Source of the DNA: Bdellovibrionales bacterium | Lineage (GTDB): Bacteria > Bdellovibrionota > Bdellovibrionia > Bdellovibrionales > UBA1609 | DNA length: 64,000 nucleotides | Assembly (NCBI GenBank): GCA_965200875.1 | Contig: OZ241456.1 | Coordinates: 896,001-960,000 of the forward strand | Reading direction: 5' to 3' | Shown: positions 1-9,968 of the stretch, piece after piece | Layout: every line of letters starts with the position of its first letter | Numbering within the stretch: the stretch's first letter is position 1 | Translations under genes and position numbers: made by a program | The notes under the pieces: generated by a model | What the model was told of the DNA's origin: nothing | The model's input: the letters and a program-made list of their open reading frames with translations, nothing else | The model's database searches: none

Positions 1-1
1 C

Positions 2-217
2 CATGAATATACAGAGAAAAATGGTCAGTTTGCCCTCAGTGTAGATCCTCATAATCAGGATTTAAAAACTCGTATGAAACAAGTGCTGGCAAAACGGCAA
101 AAAAAAGAGCCTACTGTTCCTTTTTTCTTATTTGAGGAATTAAAAACTAATCCCTTTTTAAGAGCTAATACTTTGGAAGAATTTACACATTTGAGAAAAA
201 AAAGAGACATTTTTTAA
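2..217 (+). CDS. gloB: Hydroxyacylglutathione hydrolase (glyoxalase II), C-terminal part; 5' end outside window
   Basis: Own translation: HEYTEKNGQFALSVDP...PTVPF..EELKTNPFLR..EFTHLRKKRDIF*, the HAGH_C signature. Confidence 0.85.
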   Translation, partial: HEYTEKNGQFALSVDPHNQDLKTRMKQVLAKRQKKEPTVPFFLFEELKTNPFLRANTLEEFTHLRKKRDIF

Positions 218-232
218 AATGAGGAGTATTTT

Positions 233-1165
233 ATGGACAAATTAAATATGGAACAAATTGAAAAGGATGTTTCCAGACAAAAACCCTTTGTAGGTGGTCT
301 TATTGACAGAGTGGGAATTGAAGATTTGGAAATACCTGTACAAGTGAGGGAAGGTTCTCAAACTTTACAGTTACAGTCTAAAGTGACGGCAATGGTCTCT
401 TTGGATAACGCATATATGCGGGGAATTCACATGTCTAGAATTTACCTGACTTTACATGATTTTCTTGGAAAACAAATGCTGGATTTAAAAACAGTAAAAG
501 TGCTTTTAAACGAGCTGGTGAAGTCGCAAAAAGGAATTTCTAAAAAAGCTTATCTGAAATTTGAATGGCAATGGCCTGTAAAAAGAAAAGCTCTTAAAAC
601 AGAAACTTTGGAAGGTTGGCGTTATTACCCTGTGTTTTATGAAGGTCGGCTTTTAGAAGATGGCAGAGAGGAGTTGATAATAGGAGCACGGATCACTTAC
701 AGCTCCACTTGCCCTTGTTCTGCGAGCCTAGCTCGTGCATTGATTCAAAAAAAATTTCAGCAGGATATATCCACTTCTATTGTGGATAGGGAAAAAATAT
801 TTCAGTGGTTGGGAAAAGAACAATCCATTTCCGCAACCCCTCATGCGCAAAAAAGCTTGGCTGATATAAAATTAAAAGTAAAAGAGGAAAAACAAAATTT
901 AATTGATCTGATTGATGAAGTGGAAAAAACTCTGGGCACTCCTGTTCAAACGGCAGTCAAAAAAGCAGATGAGCAAGAGTTTGCCAAGCTCAACAGCGAA
1001 AACTTAATGTTTTCTGAAGACGCGGGAAGGAGAGTTAAGAATCTTCTGAATCAGAAATCCTGGATTGAGGATTTTTATGTGCATGTAAAACATTTTGAAA
1101 GTTTACATCCTTTTGAAGTGGCGTGCCATGTTACAAAGGGAATCCCAGGAGGTTTTTCCGCATAA
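233..1165 (+). CDS. folE2: GTP cyclohydrolase I type 2 (FolE2)
   Basis: IDRVGI, RGIHMSRIY, YSSTCPCSASL, ATPHAQKS, LMFSEDAGRR and HFESLH motifs. Confidence 0.93.
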   Translation: MDKLNMEQIEKDVSRQKPFVGGLIDRVGIEDLEIPVQVREGSQTLQLQSKVTAMVSLDNAYMRGIHMSRIYLTLHDFLGKQMLDLKTVKVLLNELVKSQKGISKKAYLKFEWQWPVKRKALKTETLEGWRYYPVFYEGRLLEDGREELIIGARITYSSTCPCSASLARALIQKKFQQDISTSIVDREKIFQWLGKEQSISATPHAQKSLADIKLKVKEEKQNLIDLIDEVEKTLGTPVQTAVKKADEQEFAKLNSENLMFSEDAGRRVKNLLNQKSWIEDFYVHVKHFESLHPFEVACHVTKGIPGGFSA

Positions 1166-1188
1166 TTGGAAAAATATGTGTACATAAA

Positions 1189-3837
1189 ATGAATAAGAAA
1201 AGAAAAACGAAAGATGGTATTTATATTTACGGAGCTAGGGAGAATAATCTCAAGTCTATAAACACTTTTATTCCTCGTGATAAAATCACTATCGTAACAG
1301 GATTGAGCGGAAGCGGAAAGTCCTCTCTTGTGTTTGATACAATTTATGCAGAGGGGCAGAGAAGATATGTGGAAAGTCTTTCCTCTTATGCGCGGTTTTT
1401 TATTTCTCAGATGAAAAAACCGGATCTGGATTCCATCACCGGGCTTTCCCCTGCTGTGGCTATTGATCAACGATCCATCAGCACTAGCCCGCGCTCCACT
1501 GTGGGTACAGTAACAGAAGTTTACGATTATTTGCGATTGTTGTTTGCGAAACTTGGTTCTCCCTATTGTGTGGAGCATCAAGAACCTTTGGAAAAAAGTT
1601 CTATCGACCAAATTGTGGAAGAAATAATGAGTTGGCCAAAAGGTGCTCGGTTTTTTGTGTTGGCTCCTGTGGCTCAGGGAAAAAAAGGAGAATTTTTAAA
1701 GGAATTTGATCGCTTTTTGTCAGATGGTTACACCTACGCACGAGTGGATAGAGTATGGGTTGAACTGGCTCAGGCCAAAAGGTTATCCAAAAGAAAAGAA
1801 CACTTTATTGACTTATTGCTGGATCGTCTCATTGTGGATTCTCGCTTTATTCCCCGGTTAAGGGAGAGTCTGCAAAAGTCGGTTGATCTTGCAGGAGGAC
1901 AAATTAAAATTGAATTTATAGATAAGCCGGGGAAAACAAATAATTATTCTGTTTATGCCACTTGTCCAGTTTGTTTTTCTGGTTTTCCTGAAATAGAACC
2001 CAAGTTTTTTAGTTTTAATAATCCCAAAGGAGCTTGTTCTATCTGTAATGGGTTGGGATATTTACCAGAAGAATGGGCTGAAAGAAAAACAGATGAGTTA
2101 ATAAATGGCACTACTGAAGGTATGTTCCCTGAAAGAATGACAGCTAAAGGGAAAATGACAGAAAACAAACCCGGAGATCATATAAATGGAGGAGTGGAGG
2201 AGACAACGGATACAACCTCGGAAAAGCTTTGTCCTAAGTGTAAAGGAGCAAGGTTAAACCCTTCTGCTTTGAGTGTAAAAATCAATGGTAAAAATATTGC
2301 TGAGGTATCTTCTTTTAGTGTGAATCAGCTGACTTCTTTTTGTGATCGCTTAAAGTTTTCTGGTTATCGAAAAATTATCGCGGATAAAATTTTAAATAAA
2401 ATTAAAACAGACTTGAATTTTTTGGAAAAAATTGGCCTTGGGTATTTGAGTTTGGATCGTCCTGTGCGGACTTTATCAGGAGGAGAAGCGCAAAGAATCC
2501 GATTGATGTCTCAAATCTCATCTCCTTTAATAGGTGTGCTTTATGTATTGGATGAACCTAGTATTGGTCTGCACCCTAAAGATCATGATCGTCTTTTAAG
2601 CATTTTATTTCATATCAGGGATCGTGGAAACACTGTTTTAATGGTGGAGCATGATGAGAAAACCATTAGATCTGCTGATCATATTATTGATTTAGGGCCT
2701 TCTGCAGGGATCAAAGGTGGTCGTGTTGTTGCGGAAGGTTCTGTGCAGGATATTGCAGAATCTGAAGATTCAATAACAGGTCATTATTTATCAGGCAGAA
2801 AAACAACATCTCTTCCTTCTAAAAGAAAAGGCAATATGAGGAAAGTATTGGAGATAAAAGGAGCTTTCGGAAATAATTTAAAAAAGATTAATGTGAAAAT
2901 TCCTCTTTCCTGCATGGTGGGGGTTACAGGAGTTTCCGGGAGTGGCAAAAGTACTTTGGTAATGGACACTCTTTATAAAGCACTTTTAAAGAGCTTGAAT
3001 CGCTGTTCTTTTTCCTCTCCTCTTCCGTATCAGGAAATAAAAGGTTTGGAGTTTTTGGACAGAGTGGTGGCCGTGGATCAAAAACCTATTGGTCGCACAC
3101 CTCGCTCCGTACCAGCTACTTATATAGGAGTTATGTCTCCTATTCGCTCTTTACTGGCTCAAACCCCATCTGCTCGTACACGAGGGTACACACCAGGTGA
3201 CTTTAGTTTCAACATTAAAGGAGGACGCTGTGAAAATTGCTCTGGTGCTGGGCAAATTAAGCAAGAAATGTTGTTTTTGCCTTCCGCTGTTTTACCTTGT
3301 GATATATGTCAGGGGCGACGCTATTCAGAAGAAATATTGAGTGTGTTATACAAAAGTAAAAACATATCTGATATTTTAAACATGAATATTTCCACTGCGA
3401 AAAAGTTTTTTCTACATCATACTTTAATTCGACATCAGCTGGAGCTACTGGAGAAAGTGGGATTGGGATATTTAACTTTGGGGCAAAACTCCATGACTCT
3501 TTCGGGTGGGGAAGCTCAAAGAGTGAAATTGACTCGGGAGTTGGCAAAAAGAAATACAGGTCAAACACTTTATATTTTGGATGAACCTACTACTGGTTTG
3601 CATCTTCAGGATATTGAGCAACTGGTGTTTGTGTTAAAGAAATTAACGGACAAAGGAAGTACTGTGATTGTGATAGAACATCAAATGGATGTCATTAAAT
3701 CCTGTGATTATCTGATTGACTTAGGACCTGGTGGAGGAAAACATGGAGGAAAAGTAGTGGCTGAAGGCACACCGGAGAAAGTGGCCAAGTCATCAAAAAG
3801 TGTGACAGCACCTTTTCTTAAGCAGTCGCTTTCATAA
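1189..3837 (+). CDS. uvrA: Excinuclease ABC subunit A
   Basis: GARENNLK, two Walker A motifs (GLSGSGKSS, GVSGSGKST), two LSGGEAQR motifs, zinc fingers. Start moved to ATG 1189 because the 1123 start overlaps folE2. Confidence 0.95.
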   Translation: MNKKRKTKDGIYIYGARENNLKSINTFIPRDKITIVTGLSGSGKSSLVFDTIYAEGQRRYVESLSSYARFFISQMKKPDLDSITGLSPAVAIDQRSISTSPRSTVGTVTEVYDYLRLLFAKLGSPYCVEHQEPLEKSSIDQIVEEIMSWPKGARFFVLAPVAQGKKGEFLKEFDRFLSDGYTYARVDRVWVELAQAKRLSKRKEHFIDLLLDRLIVDSRFIPRLRESLQKSVDLAGGQIKIEFIDKPGKTNNYSVYATCPVCFSGFPEIEPKFFSFNNPKGACSICNGLGYLPEEWAERKTDELINGTTEGMFPERMTAKGKMTENKPGDHINGGVEETTDTTSEKLCPKCKGARLNPSALSVKINGKNIAEVSSFSVNQLTSFCDRLKFSGYRKIIADKILNKIKTDLNFLEKIGLGYLSLDRPVRTLSGGEAQRIRLMSQISSPLIGVLYVLDEPSIGLHPKDHDRLLSILFHIRDRGNTVLMVEHDEKTIRSADHIIDLGPSAGIKGGRVVAEGSVQDIAESEDSITGHYLSGRKTTSLPSKRKGNMRKVLEIKGAFGNNLKKINVKIPLSCMVGVTGVSGSGKSTLVMDTLYKALLKSLNRCSFSSPLPYQEIKGLEFLDRVVAVDQKPIGRTPRSVPATYIGVMSPIRSLLAQTPSARTRGYTPGDFSFNIKGGRCENCSGAGQIKQEMLFLPSAVLPCDICQGRRYSEEILSVLYKSKNISDILNMNISTAKKFFLHHTLIRHQLELLEKVGLGYLTLGQNSMTLSGGEAQRVKLTRELAKRNTGQTLYILDEPTTGLHLQDIEQLVFVLKKLTDKGSTVIVIEHQMDVIKSCDYLIDLGPGGGKHGGKVVAEGTPEKVAKSSKSVTAPFLKQSLS

Positions 3838-3875
3838 TCGTTTATAAGAAACTTGTTTTCCACATAGAGTCACTG

Positions 3876-4559
3876 TCAAATAAGATGGAATACATCGGTT
3901 TTGAGCATGGTCATCATCAAAGCCTTAAAACGATGAGAGAATCGATTTTTATATTTCATTCCCAGTTCTGCAAAACTTTTTGTCTCTCCCTTGGGAATAA
4001 ATATTGGATCGTAACCAAAGCCTGCTTTGCCGGTTGGAGTGAAAGAAATAGAACCTTTCACCAAGCCTTCTGCGGAATATTCCTTTCCATTTGGGGATAA
4101 AGCGACAATATGAGAAACAAAAAAAGCGGTTCTGCTCCTATCAGATAAATGTTTCATATTTTTTAAAAGTAAATGTAAATTATCTTCATCCGTGGCTTTT
4201 GTGCCTGCGTAGCGGGCGGAATAAATGCCAGGAAAGTTATCTAAGGCAGGAACTTCTAGACCACTATCTTCTCCTAAAATCCATTCTTTGGGTTTTAGGT
4301 TTTTCAGTGCAAAGGCTTTAATGCGAGCATTCTCTTTAAACGAGCTTCCTGTTTCTTTCGGGACTTTGTAATTTTGAATATCTTTTAAAGCATAAAGCTG
4401 AAAATTTGTTGCAGAGATTTTTTTTAAAAACTTTATATCTGGGTTTTTAATATGTGAAGAGAAATATTTTGAAAAATTATTCCCTTTCATTAAAAGCTTA
4501 AATTCTTTTACCTTGCTTGTATTACTTGTGGCAATCCATAAATTTATGATTTTATTCAT
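3876..4559 (-). CDS. rdgB: dITP/XTP pyrophosphatase (HAM1 family)
   Basis: ATSN..K, ETG.SF.ENA..KA, EDSGL, PGIYSARYAG, GFGYDPIF, SHR; adjacent to rph. Confidence 0.93.
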   Translation of the reverse strand: MNKIINLWIATSNTSKVKEFKLLMKGNNFSKYFSSHIKNPDIKFLKKISATNFQLYALKDIQNYKVPKETGSSFKENARIKAFALKNLKPKEWILGEDSGLEVPALDNFPGIYSARYAGTKATDEDNLHLLLKNMKHLSDRSRTAFFVSHIVALSPNGKEYSAEGLVKGSISFTPTGKAGFGYDPIFIPKGETKSFAELGMKYKNRFSHRFKALMMTMLKTDVFHLI

Positions 4560-4586
4560 TAAATATCCTATCTGTATTTTTTTGAT

Positions 4587-5312
4587 TTATGAAGAAGAAA
4601 AAAAAGAACCTATTATTTTTTTCTGTTCTTTAAACAACTTTTGACAGGCAGACCAAGCCATGTCTAGCGCGCAATCCAGCTGTTTACGAGTGAAAGTTTT
4701 ATTTTCTGCTGTCCCCTGAACTTCTATCATCTGCCCATTGGAAGCAAATATAATATTCATATCCGCTTGCGCTTTTTGATCCTCTTCAAAGCACATATCC
4801 AATAAAATTTCATTTTTCAGTATTCCCAAACTGATGGCAGAAACATAACAGGTGAGGGGAATATGCTCTATCAGGACTTCATCTTTTAGAGATTTCAGGG
4901 CGAGAGCCAGTGCCACAAAACCACCTGTAATGGAGGCTGTGCGAGTTCCTCCGTCAGCCTGGATAACATCACAGTCTATGTGAATTAGCCTTTCCCCCAG
5001 CGTTTTTAAATTTACAGCGACTCTGAGGCTTCTGCCTATTAGTCGGGAAATTTCCTGCGAACGCCCACCAGAAGAGATTTGATTCCGTTTCATTCTATTG
5101 TTGGTGGAGCGAGGAAGCATTCCGTATTCAGCTGTCACCCAGCCTGTTTCTGGAGTGCGAATCCACTTGGGAACAGACATATCCACGGAAGCGGAGCATA
5201 TAACACGGGTGTTTCCCATAGTAATTTCCGCACTTCCTTCCGCATATTTTAAAACATTTGGAGTAATAGTAATATTTCTTAACTGGTTTGCGGTTCTTTT
5301 GTCTGGTCTCAA
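4587..5312 (-). CDS. rph: Ribonuclease PH
   Basis: AEGSA, GWVTAEYGMLPRST, EISRLIGRSLR, DCDVIQADGGTRTASITG. Confidence 0.97.
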   Translation of the reverse strand: MRPDKRTANQLRNITITPNVLKYAEGSAEITMGNTRVICSASVDMSVPKWIRTPETGWVTAEYGMLPRSTNNRMKRNQISSGGRSQEISRLIGRSLRVAVNLKTLGERLIHIDCDVIQADGGTRTASITGGFVALALALKSLKDEVLIEHIPLTCYVSAISLGILKNEILLDMCFEEDQKAQADMNIIFASNGQMIEVQGTAENKTFTRKQLDCALDMAWSACQKLFKEQKKIIGSFFSSS

Positions 5313-6496
5313 GGTTTTGTATCCTTTTGTTTAAAGTTTTCTAGGTTTTTAAAATCCGACTCTTTCGGATTGTTTTCCAGATGAATAGTTTGTGTGGGAA
5401 AGGCAAATTTGACTTTTAATTCTTTTGCCAATTTAAGCACAGCCATAAAAATACTTTGTTTTGCCTTGAGTTCACTTTCCCAGTCATTTACCAATAAAAA
5501 AAAGTTCATAATGATTTTTAAATCAGAAGCTCCAAATTCCGTAAAATACACTTGAAAGTAATCTCTTTTTACAGCTTTGTGGCTTATCAAAATATCTTTT
5601 ATACCAGTGATAAAGCTTTCTATTTGTCCCGGAGGAGTGTTGTATTGAATACCAAGATAAACTCTTGTTCTTCTGGCTTTTCTTTTTCCCATGTTGTCAA
5701 TATTGGCAGAAGTCAAAGCGGAGTTGGGCACGGTAATAATGGAGTCATAAAAAGTTTTTAACTTGGCAGATCGAAAGCCTACTTCCATAACCGTACCTTC
5801 CAAATCCTTAACACAGATCCAGTCACCGACAGAAAAAGGTTTGTCCAGCATAATGTTGATATAGGCCAAAATATTGGCTGCAGAATCTTTGGCTGCCAGA
5901 GCTATAGCTATTCCTCCCAATCCCAGTCCTGCCAGAAGGGAAATGACATTAACGCCCAAACTTTGCAAAACCAACAGACTGCCGAAACACAGAACCACAA
6001 TTTTTATAAAACGATTTATAAAAGGCAGAAAATGATTTTTTAAGTTGGAGTCCTTGTCTTCTTTAAAAAGTTTTTTCATTAAAAAAGCCACAAATTCATC
6101 CACTAAATTATAACTGATCCATACCAACCCAGAACCAATAAGCATTTTAATTAAAATTTTTATACCTCCAATAAGAGGCTTGGATAAAAAGAGGGGAATG
6201 CCCCCCAAGGATTTCCAAAGCGGAGGCATAAAGTTGAGAATCAAAAGCCAAATTAAGGCTATGCTCATCATGCCAATGGGTTTTTCTATTTGTGGAGCAA
6301 TGTGGGTTCGGAAAAAAGGGTATTTATTGGTGGATTTTTGAATGATCTTTCGCGCTATATAGCCAAGTGGTTTCCCCAAAAACAAGGCTGTGAGAAATAT
6401 AAAAAGAGTTATGGCGAGAGTGAGACTCAAATTGCCTCCCCAAGGAATTTTTTCCAATAAAAAATCAAGCCACTTTGTATTCATACTTAACACCAT
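5309..6496 (-). CDS. MscS-family mechanosensitive channel
   Basis: TM helices, LLAGLGLGGIAIALAAKD, DKPFSVGDWI, ITVPNS, FAFPTQT. Confidence 0.92.
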   Translation of the reverse strand: MVLSMNTKWLDFLLEKIPWGGNLSLTLAITLFIFLTALFLGKPLGYIARKIIQKSTNKYPFFRTHIAPQIEKPIGMMSIALIWLLILNFMPPLWKSLGGIPLFLSKPLIGGIKILIKMLIGSGLVWISYNLVDEFVAFLMKKLFKEDKDSNLKNHFLPFINRFIKIVVLCFGSLLVLQSLGVNVISLLAGLGLGGIAIALAAKDSAANILAYINIMLDKPFSVGDWICVKDLEGTVMEVGFRSAKLKTFYDSIITVPNSALTSANIDNMGKRKARRTRVYLGIQYNTPPGQIESFITGIKDILISHKAVKRDYFQVYFTEFGASDLKIIMNFFLLVNDWESELKAKQSIFMAVLKLAKELKVKFAFPTQTIHLENNPKESDFKNLENFKQKDTKP

Positions 6497-6567
6497 TGGT
6501 TTTTATTCATACCTAGTTGTTCGTGAAAAGAGTTATGTGTTGCAAGGCATTTATGTTGCAAGGCACT

Positions 6568-7518
6568 TCAGATAAAAGCCTTTTCCTTCATCCAGCTTTC
6601 ATTTAAAAATTTACTCATATAATTTCTGATACCATCTGGAAGAATAATAACGCAGTTTTGATTTTTATTCAGGCGTGGAGCGGTCTTGAAAAGAGCTGAA
6701 ATAACGGCTCCACTGGACCCTCCCGCTAAAATACCTTCTTCCCGAATGAGTTTTAGCACATTACAAAAAGATTCTTTATCTTTTGTTTTTATCCATTCTG
6801 TGACATGAGATCGATCCAAAACATGAGGAATAAAATCATAACCAATTCCCTCCACTTCATAAGTTTGGACAGGTCCTTCCCCTGCTAAAATGGAACCTAC
6901 AGGATCCACACCTATTATTTTACAATCAGGACATATTTCTTTTATTTTTTTTGAAAGGCCCGTCAGAGTGCCTCCTGTGCCTGCACTGGCTATCACCATA
7001 TCCACTTGTTGATTGAGATCGTTTAGAATCTCCACAGCTGTCCCTTCATAGTGGGCAGAAACATTATGAGGGTTTGCGTATTGATCCAACATAAAAGCCC
7101 GTGGAAGTTCTTTTACAAGCTGGCGGGCTAGGCTAATGTGGCTTTCTTCATGATCGTAGGCCACTTCTGTGGGAGTTCTTCGAATTTCCGCCCCCAGTGC
7201 TTTGAGAGTGGTTTCTTTTTCATGGCTCATTTTCTCTGGCATGATGATTATTACTTTGTATCCTAAAACAGCCCCGGCCAAAGCAATTCCTATACCGGTA
7301 TTGCCACTGGTAGGTTCAATGAGAGTGTCACCTTTTTGGATCAAGCCGTCTTTTTCTGCCTGAATAATCATATTATAAGCTATTCGATCTTTAACAGAAC
7401 CACCTGGGTTAAAAAATTCGCATTTGGCGTAAACTGTGCAATCTAAATGGGCACTAATTTTGTTAAGGCGCACCAAAGGAGTTTTGCCAATGGTCTCCAA
7501 AATGTTGTTGTAAAGCAT
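6568..7518 (-). CDS. PLP-dependent cysteine synthase / cystathionine beta-synthase family enzyme
   Basis: IGKTPLV, KCEFFNPGGSVKDRIA, EPTSGNTGIG, GTGGT, YEVEGIGYDFIP (CBS-like, no CBS domains). Confidence 0.9.
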   Translation of the reverse strand: MLYNNILETIGKTPLVRLNKISAHLDCTVYAKCEFFNPGGSVKDRIAYNMIIQAEKDGLIQKGDTLIEPTSGNTGIGIALAGAVLGYKVIIIMPEKMSHEKETTLKALGAEIRRTPTEVAYDHEESHISLARQLVKELPRAFMLDQYANPHNVSAHYEGTAVEILNDLNQQVDMVIASAGTGGTLTGLSKKIKEICPDCKIIGVDPVGSILAGEGPVQTYEVEGIGYDFIPHVLDRSHVTEWIKTKDKESFCNVLKLIREEGILAGGSSGAVISALFKTAPRLNKNQNCVIILPDGIRNYMSKFLNESWMKEKAFI

Positions 7519-7727
7519 AAGAAACTTTAACCTTGGCTTATCTTGTTGTTCAAGTATTTTTTTATTTTTGATTTATCATTTTTTCGATTTTCACTGTCAA
7601 ATCCGTGGTGTTCTGTCTTTGGCCAAATGGATATGTATATTTTCTGATTTTATCGGTTGACTTTCAAGTGAAAGGCTTTCCAATATTGTTTTGATTTTTA
7701 TCGCCAAGTGTTGTTAGTTTTGTAATT

Positions 7728-7955
7728 ATGACTTGTAGTTTAAAAGATTTGCCTAAAAAAGTGAGCGCGAGGGTCATTGATTTACAAGGTGAATCAACTC
7801 AATATCTTATGGATATGGGAATCCGAAACAATATCATTATTAAAATTATTGAAAAACTGTTTTTTGGCAGTAATTACATTATCGAAGTTGGAAATGAACA
7901 GTTAGTTTTGAGAAAAAAAGAAGCTCAATGTTTAATAGTCACCACTTCGATTTAA
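7728..7955 (+). CDS. feoA: Ferrous iron transport protein A
   Basis: 75 aa, LMDMGI...LVLRKKEA pattern, directly upstream of feoB. Confidence 0.85.
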   Translation: MTCSLKDLPKKVSARVIDLQGESTQYLMDMGIRNNIIIKIIEKLFFGSNYIIEVGNEQLVLRKKEAQCLIVTTSI

Positions 7956-7970
7956 TGAAAATACGATTCC

Positions 7971-9845
7971 ATGTTTAAAAGTGATTATCTTATTCTCATC
8001 GGACCGCCTAATAGTGGAAAAACCACTCTTTTTAATTGGATTACAGGTTATAAAAGGCAGACAGTCAATTATCCTGGTTCCACAGTAGACCTTTCTTTTG
8101 GTTGTATTCGCCAAAAACACGGAGCTTGTACATGGAAAATAGTGGATACTCCCGGTATATACAGTTTTTTGTCTTCATCCCCGGAAGGAGAGGTAACAAA
8201 AAATATTTTGAAAGATTCCATTAAAAACCAAGAATTGCAGGGTGTGATTTTGGTATTGGATGCCACTCGTTTGGAACGACAACTACCTTTTGCCTTTCAC
8301 CTGCGGGAAACAGGTTTGCCTGTTATTCTAGCTTTAAGTATGTATGATATTCAAAAAAAAGAATCAGAATTAGATATTTCTTTATTATCACAAAAGCTGG
8401 ATATGCCCGTATATCCCATTGAGGGTTTGTTGGGTGGAGGAGTAACAGAGCTATTGAACAGGGCTTTTACTCAATTTAAAAACAAGCCTCTGTCCTCTAT
8501 ATTCTCGTCTTCCTGGTCTGAAAAGCAACAGGAAAGTTACTTGAAAAAGGCGAAGAAAACAGTATCAGCTGTTTCTTTGAAGAAAAGTAAATCACAAATA
8601 GGCAAAAAAACGCAATGGCTGGATTCTTGGTTTTTGCACCCCATAGTGGGGTTTGGTCTTCTGTCTTTGATTCTTTTTATGTTTTTTTCCAGCATTTTCT
8701 GGCTGGCTCAACCCCTGATGGATTTAATAGACAGCGGTTTTAGCTGGGGAGTGGAAAGTCTTTTACAATGGGGGGGGGATAATTTCCTTATGAACTTTTT
8801 GGCCAATGGAGTTTTAACCAGTTTTGGAGCTTTTATGGTTTTTATTCCGCAGGTTTTTATTTTGTTTGTGGGTATTTATCTCCTAGAGGATAGCGGATAT
8901 TTGGCTCGAGCGGTAACCTTGGTGGATGGACCTTTCTCCCGTATTGGTTTAAGTGGAAGGTCTCTTTTTCCTTTTTTATCAGGTTTTGCCTGTGCCATTC
9001 CGGCCACATTGGCCACTCGATCCATTTCCTCTAAGCGGGAACGTTGGATTACTATTTTCGCGCTTCCATTTATGACTTGCTCTGCTCGTTTACCGGTTTA
9101 CGCGCTGTTGCTCAGTTTTTTGTTTTATGATGAATCTGCATGGAAACCAGGTTTGGTAATGTCTGTTATTTACTTTTTGTCTTTATTGCTGGGTATTTTA
9201 TCATCTGGGTTGCTGAATCTTTTTCTAAAAAAAGATAACCCCTCTTCTTTTTTTATGGAGTTACCTCTTTATCGCCGTCCGGTTTTATCCAATGTTTTGT
9301 TTTCCTCTTGGTCGCGCACAAGGCATTTTATTAGGAAAGCCGGACCGGTTATTTTTACTTTTGCTTTAATTATGTGGGTGGCAACGCATTTTCCACGCCA
9401 CCTTGAGCTAAAACCGGAGGAGCAGATTCAAAAAAGTTATGCCGGTCAATTTGGGCAGATGATTGAGCCGGTTTTTGAAAAAATGGGAGGAGACTGGAGA
9501 GTGGGGGTGAGTTTGTTATCTGCCTTCGTGGCCAGAGAGGTTTTTGTTTCCGTGTTGGCGGTGAGTTTGAAAAACACACAAGCAACAACAGAGATGGAAG
9601 ATTCTGCTGAAGTTTCTTTGGTGCAAACCATGAAAAGAACCAAGCTTTCTGATGGAAAACCTTTGTTTTCCAGAGCAAGCATATTGGCTCTGTTAGTGTT
9701 TTTTATGTTTTCTCTTCAGTGTCTTTCTACAACCGGAGTGGTGTATAAGGAAACAGGGTCTTGGAAATTTGCCGGTGCTCAGCTTATAAGTCTTAACCTG
9801 TTGGCTTATGTTGGAGCTGTATTGACTTACAATATATATTCCTGA
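7971..9845 (+). CDS. feoB: Ferrous iron transport protein B
   Basis: GPPNSGKTTLFN, VNYPGSTV, DTPGIYS, LEDSGYLAR, PFMTCSARLP, FFMELPLYR, AREVFV. Confidence 0.96.
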   Translation: MFKSDYLILIGPPNSGKTTLFNWITGYKRQTVNYPGSTVDLSFGCIRQKHGACTWKIVDTPGIYSFLSSSPEGEVTKNILKDSIKNQELQGVILVLDATRLERQLPFAFHLRETGLPVILALSMYDIQKKESELDISLLSQKLDMPVYPIEGLLGGGVTELLNRAFTQFKNKPLSSIFSSSWSEKQQESYLKKAKKTVSAVSLKKSKSQIGKKTQWLDSWFLHPIVGFGLLSLILFMFFSSIFWLAQPLMDLIDSGFSWGVESLLQWGGDNFLMNFLANGVLTSFGAFMVFIPQVFILFVGIYLLEDSGYLARAVTLVDGPFSRIGLSGRSLFPFLSGFACAIPATLATRSISSKRERWITIFALPFMTCSARLPVYALLLSFLFYDESAWKPGLVMSVIYFLSLLLGILSSGLLNLFLKKDNPSSFFMELPLYRRPVLSNVLFSSWSRTRHFIRKAGPVIFTFALIMWVATHFPRHLELKPEEQIQKSYAGQFGQMIEPVFEKMGGDWRVGVSLLSAFVAREVFVSVLAVSLKNTQATTEMEDSAEVSLVQTMKRTKLSDGKPLFSRASILALLVFFMFSLQCLSTTGVVYKETGSWKFAGAQLISLNLLAYVGAVLTYNIYS

Positions 9846-9862
9846 TTTTTTAAAACAAAGCT

Positions 9863-9901
9863 AACGAAAAAGCCCGACAGGATATGAACCGGGCTTTTCA
9901 C
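9863..9901. terminator. Probable bidirectional rho-independent terminator between feoB and the LRR gene
   Basis: AAAAGCCCG...CGGGCTTTT inverted repeat with A/T runs on both sides, between convergent genes. Confidence 0.7.
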
Positions 9902-9968
9902 AACAACAGGAATTATGAGAATTAAACAAGTTTTTTAAGGATTATCAGGAATACCAAGAGTTACATCG

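Noticed and set aside
1075..1611. 178-aa antisense ORF, and the 1123 start for uvrA
   Set aside because: The ORF is a shadow of conserved uvrA; the 1123 start overlaps folE2 and adds no UvrA-like sequence
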